Below, piece by piece: positions 60,290 through 64,000 of a stretch of DNA of 64,000 nucleotides. Each line of letters opens with the position of its first letter. Position 1 is the stretch's first letter. The stretch spans positions 984-64,983 of the forward strand of contig JACOXB010000008.1 in NCBI GenBank assembly GCA_016176505.1, in the 5' to 3' direction. The notes beneath the pieces are model-generated. The model made no database searches and was not told where the DNA came from. It saw only the letters and a program-made list of their open reading frames with translations. The stretch is from Candidatus Colwellbacteria bacterium. Lineage in GTDB: Bacteria > Patescibacteriota > Minisyncoccia > UBA6257 > Colwellbacteraceae. A program made the translations under genes and the position numbers.

Positions 60290-62278
60290 ATGAGTATTAC
60301 GCGAAAAGCAGTCGCTGTCGGAGTTTCCGCAGCGACCATGCTTTGGCTCTCTGGTGCAACTATGCTTGCTCCAGTAGCCGTAGCCCAGACCTCAGCCGAG
60401 GTCCAGGCTCAAATCGACGCCTTACTCGCCCAAATTGCAGCCCTTCAGGCCCAGTTGTCTGGCGGCGCTTCAGTCACCTACACCCGTGACCTCACTCTCG
60501 GGAGCACTGGTACTGATGTCTCCAATCTCCAGACTTACTTGGTTGCCCAGAACAAGGGACCAAAAGCTGCTGCCTTAGCCAGCGTTTTTGCCGCTGGCAC
60601 AGCTAAGGGTTACTTCGGCCCATTGACTCAAGCCGCTTTGGCTGAGTTCCAGGCCTCGGTTGGCATTTCGCCACCTGCTGGTTACTTCGGTCCGATTACC
60701 CGTGCTTACTTGGCAGCGCAGGTTACTCCTCCTCCAGCAGAAGAAGAGGAGGAAGAGGATGGGCTTGAAGGCGGCGCTGGTGCTGTTGATCAGTACGACC
60801 TTGTTTCTGGTCTTCAGAACGAGGAAGTTGGTGAAGGCGAGGAAGATGTTGATGTTGCCGGCCTTGAAATGGAGGTTTCCGACAGCTCAGACCTCGAGTT
60901 CACCGCTGTCACTCTTGACTTTGATCAGGGCACAGCCAACAACGACGACTTTGACGAGTATGCTGATGAAGTATCTGTCTGGCTTGACGGCGAAGAAGTG
61001 GCTCGAGTTGATGCCACTAAGTTCGACGAGGACACTGACTGGAGGAGAACCGTCACTCTTGCTAGTGGCGCTATTGTCCGGGGTGGTGAAACCGCCGAGC
61101 TTATAGTCGCTGTTTCTGGTGCTTCGAGTATTGACGGCAACGACGTTGGCGAAACCTGGACTGTTGACTTTGACCAGGTTCGGTTCCGCGACGCTACCGG
61201 CGCTTCTACTTCGGAAGACCCGGGCACAGCTGTCCGGACAATGTCCTTCGAAACCTTCGCTACTTCGGCTGACCTTGAACTTAAGGTGGCCTTGAACGAG
61301 GATGACGATGACATCAACGACGCTCACGTCATTGATATTGACGACGCCGACGACACTGATAACGTCGAGTTCCTCTCTTTCACCATCGAAATAGAGGGCG
61401 ACTCAGACGTTACCGTTGATGAAATTCCGGTGGAGATTAACACTGTCGAAGCGGCTGGTGCTAACTTCGATGACCCGGATGATGTAGTTGTTGCCGCCTC
61501 GCTTTGGATGGATGGCGACGAAATTGCCACCGAGAACTTGAGCGCGGCTGATGCGAACGATGACACCGAGATCGTCACTTTTGAAGATCTCGATCTCGAG
61601 CTTGATGCTGGTTCAACCACCGAGTTTATAGTTAAGCTCGATTTGGTTTCAACCGCTGACGCTCTTGACAACGCCGACACCATTGAAGTTGAGATGGATG
61701 CCGGTGAAGTAGACCTCATTGATGCCGAAGATGACTCGGGCGAAGAGCTGCTTGCGGCTGACCTTACCGGTACCGCAGATGGTGACGCTCATGCCGTCTA
61801 CGATTCAGGCGTTCAGATCGAGTTTGTTAGCGCGAGCGCTAGCCGGTCGTTCACTGCTGATGAGGCTGGCGAGTCTGACACCGGTGAGTACAAAGTTACC
61901 TTCAAGGTAACCTCCTTCGATGCCGATATGAGGATCGATCGCAGCACCGAGGATGACAACGGCGTAAACGCCGCTGGTCAAGGTGTTGTCTTTGACCTGA
62001 CTGTCACCGCTGCAGACGAAGTTGGCTGGACTGTTAACTCTACGTTATCTTCCAGCTCTACTGACACCGAAGACACGGCTAACACCTATGAGGTTGATGA
62101 AGATACTACCCGTACCTTCACCCTCACGGTTAACGTCACTCCTGACGAGGATAGCTTCGTTGAGATGGCGATTGAGTCAATCAACTGGGGTGCGGCTGTG
62201 GACAACACGAACGCGAACTACTACACCTTCAACATGGATGAGTTCAAGACAGATTCTATCTTCTTGAACGATATGTAG
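60290..62278 (+). CDS. Secreted protein: signal peptide, coiled coil, peptidoglycan-binding (PGBD-like) domain, then a long acidic D/E/T-rich region
   Basis: 662 aa. MSITRKAVAVGVSAATMLWLSGATMLAPVAVAQ is a signal peptide. The PG_binding_1-like segment runs LTLGSTGTDVSNLQTYL...YFGPLTQAALAEFQ. The rest is very acidic with no Cys. Confidence 0.6.
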   Translation: MSITRKAVAVGVSAATMLWLSGATMLAPVAVAQTSAEVQAQIDALLAQIAALQAQLSGGASVTYTRDLTLGSTGTDVSNLQTYLVAQNKGPKAAALASVFAAGTAKGYFGPLTQAALAEFQASVGISPPAGYFGPITRAYLAAQVTPPPAEEEEEEDGLEGGAGAVDQYDLVSGLQNEEVGEGEEDVDVAGLEMEVSDSSDLEFTAVTLDFDQGTANNDDFDEYADEVSVWLDGEEVARVDATKFDEDTDWRRTVTLASGAIVRGGETAELIVAVSGASSIDGNDVGETWTVDFDQVRFRDATGASTSEDPGTAVRTMSFETFATSADLELKVALNEDDDDINDAHVIDIDDADDTDNVEFLSFTIEIEGDSDVTVDEIPVEINTVEAAGANFDDPDDVVVAASLWMDGDEIATENLSAADANDDTEIVTFEDLDLELDAGSTTEFIVKLDLVSTADALDNADTIEVEMDAGEVDLIDAEDDSGEELLAADLTGTADGDAHAVYDSGVQIEFVSASASRSFTADEAGESDTGEYKVTFKVTSFDADMRIDRSTEDDNGVNAAGQGVVFDLTVTAADEVGWTVNSTLSSSSTDTEDTANTYEVDEDTTRTFTLTVNVTPDEDSFVEMAIESINWGAAVDNTNANYYTFNMDEFKTDSIFLNDM

Positions 62279-62318
62279 GTTGAACTCGAGTAGTTAGTCT
62301 ACGCGAGTAGTGTTGAGC

Positions 62319-62358
62319 AAAACCGCCCTTCGGGGCGGTTTTGCGTTTCTTCATTTTT
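62319..62358 (+). terminator. Rho-independent terminator
   Basis: AACCGCCC-ttcg-GGGCGGTT followed by a T-rich tract (ttgcgtttcttcattttt). Confidence 0.55.
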
Positions 62359-62507
62359 ATGCTTATTCACTTCTTATTAACAAGCGGTAAGTCAAATAGT
62401 TAGGCTATAATTTAAACACTAAAGGTCGAGCTTATTGTCTTTTGGTGCACGTAAGACAATAAGCAAGTTGAATTAAAAACTTAATTAAGTCGAAAAATAA
62501 CAACTAG

Positions 62508-63731
62508 ATGATTAAAGCAAGAAAAATTGGTCTTTATGCGGCAAGCGTTGCCACCATGGTTGGTATGACTGCACTTGTCGCTCTGGCTACTACGACTCTC
62601 TCGGATGAGTCGACTGCTACAACTGGTACTCGAGCCACAACCGATACTGGTTCTTTCCAGACCGTGGCCGGCGACTTAACCTACGAAGGTGCCGCTGGCG
62701 GCACAAGCTATTACCACGCTGGTGTCATGGGCAACTTCTTGGGTGATAACCTTACTAATGCTACTTCTGCGCTTCACGCCGGTGTAATCGGCTCATACAA
62801 CGTTACGACCGACGACGACAACACTGGTGGCAGCGCTGGTGTTATCGGTGAAGTTGGCGACCTAGCTGATGCCGCAGCCTACGGCGTTTTGGCTGTGCTC
62901 GGCGGTGACGGCGGTCAAATGAATCCACAAGCGGCTTACGGCGTCCAGTACTTCAATTCAACCGCCGCGAGCAACTTTGCTTATGGTCTTGACCTATTCC
63001 ACGCCGAAACTGCGGATTACGTTGGTTCAGCAGTAGAATTCGGTACAGCTGACATTCGCTTCCAGAACGGGGCGACCCTCGACGAGGGCACTGACGGCAC
63101 CCTTACGCTTACTGATGCCACTTGGGCTGAAGTTGGAGCCGAGACTACAAGAGCAACAGGCGCCACAGGCTCCTTCCAGACTGTCTGGGGCGATCTGACC
63201 TACGAAGGCGCAGCTGGAGGCACAAGTGCCTACCACGCTGGTGTCATGGGCAACTTCTTGGGCGCTAACCTGACGAACACCAACACTGTTAATCACGCTG
63301 GTGTAATCGGTAAATACTCGGTAACTACTGGCGATACTGTTGACGGTCCTAAGGCTGGTGTGGTTGGTGAAGCTGAAACTAGCGTCGCTGACGCCGCGGT
63401 TATGGCTGTTCTTGGCGGCGACACCGGTACGGTTACCCCGGGCGCAGCTTTCGGGGTTCAATACTTGAACTCAACTGCTGCCAGCAAGTTTGACTATGGT
63501 CTTGATCTCTTCCGTGACGGCGGAACTACGGACTATGGTGATGCCGCTGATGTTGATTTCGGCACAGCTGATATTCGGCTCTCAAGCCAAGCTAGCATCT
63601 TCACCGGAGCTGGGGCACCGACAGGTGACTGCACTCGCGGTAGTATCTACCTAAGGACTGACAGCGCAGACGAAGACACGGTACTCTATACGTGTGCCGT
63701 TGCTAATACTTGGGACGCGGCCGACCTATAG
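62508..63731 (+). CDS. Secreted protein with two ~170-aa internal tandem repeats and a Cys-containing C-terminal module
   Basis: 407 aa with an N-terminal signal/anchor. The repeat starts TGSFQTVAGDLTYEGAAGGTSYYHAGVMGNFLG... and recurs as TGSFQTVWGDLTYEGAAGGTSAYHAGVMGNFLG... The C-terminus reads CTRGSIYLRTD...LYTC. Confidence 0.6.
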   Translation: MIKARKIGLYAASVATMVGMTALVALATTTLSDESTATTGTRATTDTGSFQTVAGDLTYEGAAGGTSYYHAGVMGNFLGDNLTNATSALHAGVIGSYNVTTDDDNTGGSAGVIGEVGDLADAAAYGVLAVLGGDGGQMNPQAAYGVQYFNSTAASNFAYGLDLFHAETADYVGSAVEFGTADIRFQNGATLDEGTDGTLTLTDATWAEVGAETTRATGATGSFQTVWGDLTYEGAAGGTSAYHAGVMGNFLGANLTNTNTVNHAGVIGKYSVTTGDTVDGPKAGVVGEAETSVADAAVMAVLGGDTGTVTPGAAFGVQYLNSTAASKFDYGLDLFRDGGTTDYGDAADVDFGTADIRLSSQASIFTGAGAPTGDCTRGSIYLRTDSADEDTVLYTCAVANTWDAADL

Positions 63732-63763
63732 TGCCACAAGCTTAACTAAATCCGAACAGCATA

Positions 63764-64000
63764 ATGAAAGCTAAACTTACAATCTTAGCTGTTCTTGTTC
63801 TCGCGCTGACAATCGGCGTAGCCCAGGCTGATGTTGACTTTTCTACTGGAGATGTCACCCTCGACCTAACCGGTAACACCGACATTACAGTCAAGGGTGG
63901 TTCTGAGGCTGAGCAGGTCGTGGTTAATGCCACCGATATTGATGTAACCCTTGATGGCGCCGCTGGTAACTTCACTGTTACTTCCGCCGTTGATCTTACG
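63764..64000 (+). CDS. Secreted hypothetical protein (N-terminal part; continues beyond the window end)
   Basis: ATG at 63764. MKAKLTILAVLVLALTIGVAQA is a signal peptide, followed by a T/D/V-rich beta-strand-like sequence. Confidence 0.5.
   Translation, partial: MKAKLTILAVLVLALTIGVAQADVDFSTGDVTLDLTGNTDITVKGGSEAEQVVVNATDIDVTLDGAAGNFTVTSAVDLT

Noticed and set aside
1-64000. Search for CRISPR arrays, rRNA genes, integrase, transposase or relaxase ORFs
   Set aside because: No regularly spaced direct-repeat array, no rRNA-like conserved stretches and no protein with recombinase or transposase motifs were seen. The mobile DNA here appears limited to non-autonomous repeats and att-like scars.

Overview
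This 64-kb window reads as a low-GC, gene-dense bacterial chromosome segment covering the replication-origin neighbourhood. The core order is rpmH-rnpA-yidC-jag on the plus strand, divergent from dnaA-dnaN on the minus strand. Small, tightly overlapping genes, a short YidC, and neighbouring VirB4/VirB6-like and PilB genes are consistent with a small-genome bacterium such as Patescibacteria/CPR; that assignment is an inference. About 65 protein genes are supportable. They include ruvA, ruvB, ruvC, yebC, PBP1A, pcrA/uvrD, ksgA, comM, argS, ileS, rnj, trxB, gpmI, truB, secG, smpB, infC-rpmI-rplT, a PolX and a membrane-anchored Clp ATPase. There are also tRNA-Arg(CCG), tRNA-Leu(CAG) and a tmRNA. 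The T4SS-like cluster is 12.7-19.1 kb. An IleRS carries a ~190-aa histidine-phosphatase (PGAM-like) domain inserted into its catalytic core. Three strongly GC-rich single-gene cassettes sit at 30.2, 35.6 and 40.2 kb. Each has its own ribosome-binding site and intrinsic terminator, and two (30.2, 35.6 kb) have near-consensus promoters; the first abuts tRNA-Arg. Two otherwise intact genes are interrupted by in-frame TGA codons (a DksA/TraR zinc-finger gene, and the 35.6-kb cassette gene) and are worth a second look for recoding or recent decay. A MITE-like repeat family appears next to tRNA-Leu, nested inside a second repeat family at a second site, and there is an att-like duplication of the tRNA-Leu 3' end. 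A 44-bp tandem duplication frameshifts a permease gene. There are also several promoter-plus-terminator defined small-RNA candidates. No CRISPR array and no rRNA were seen.
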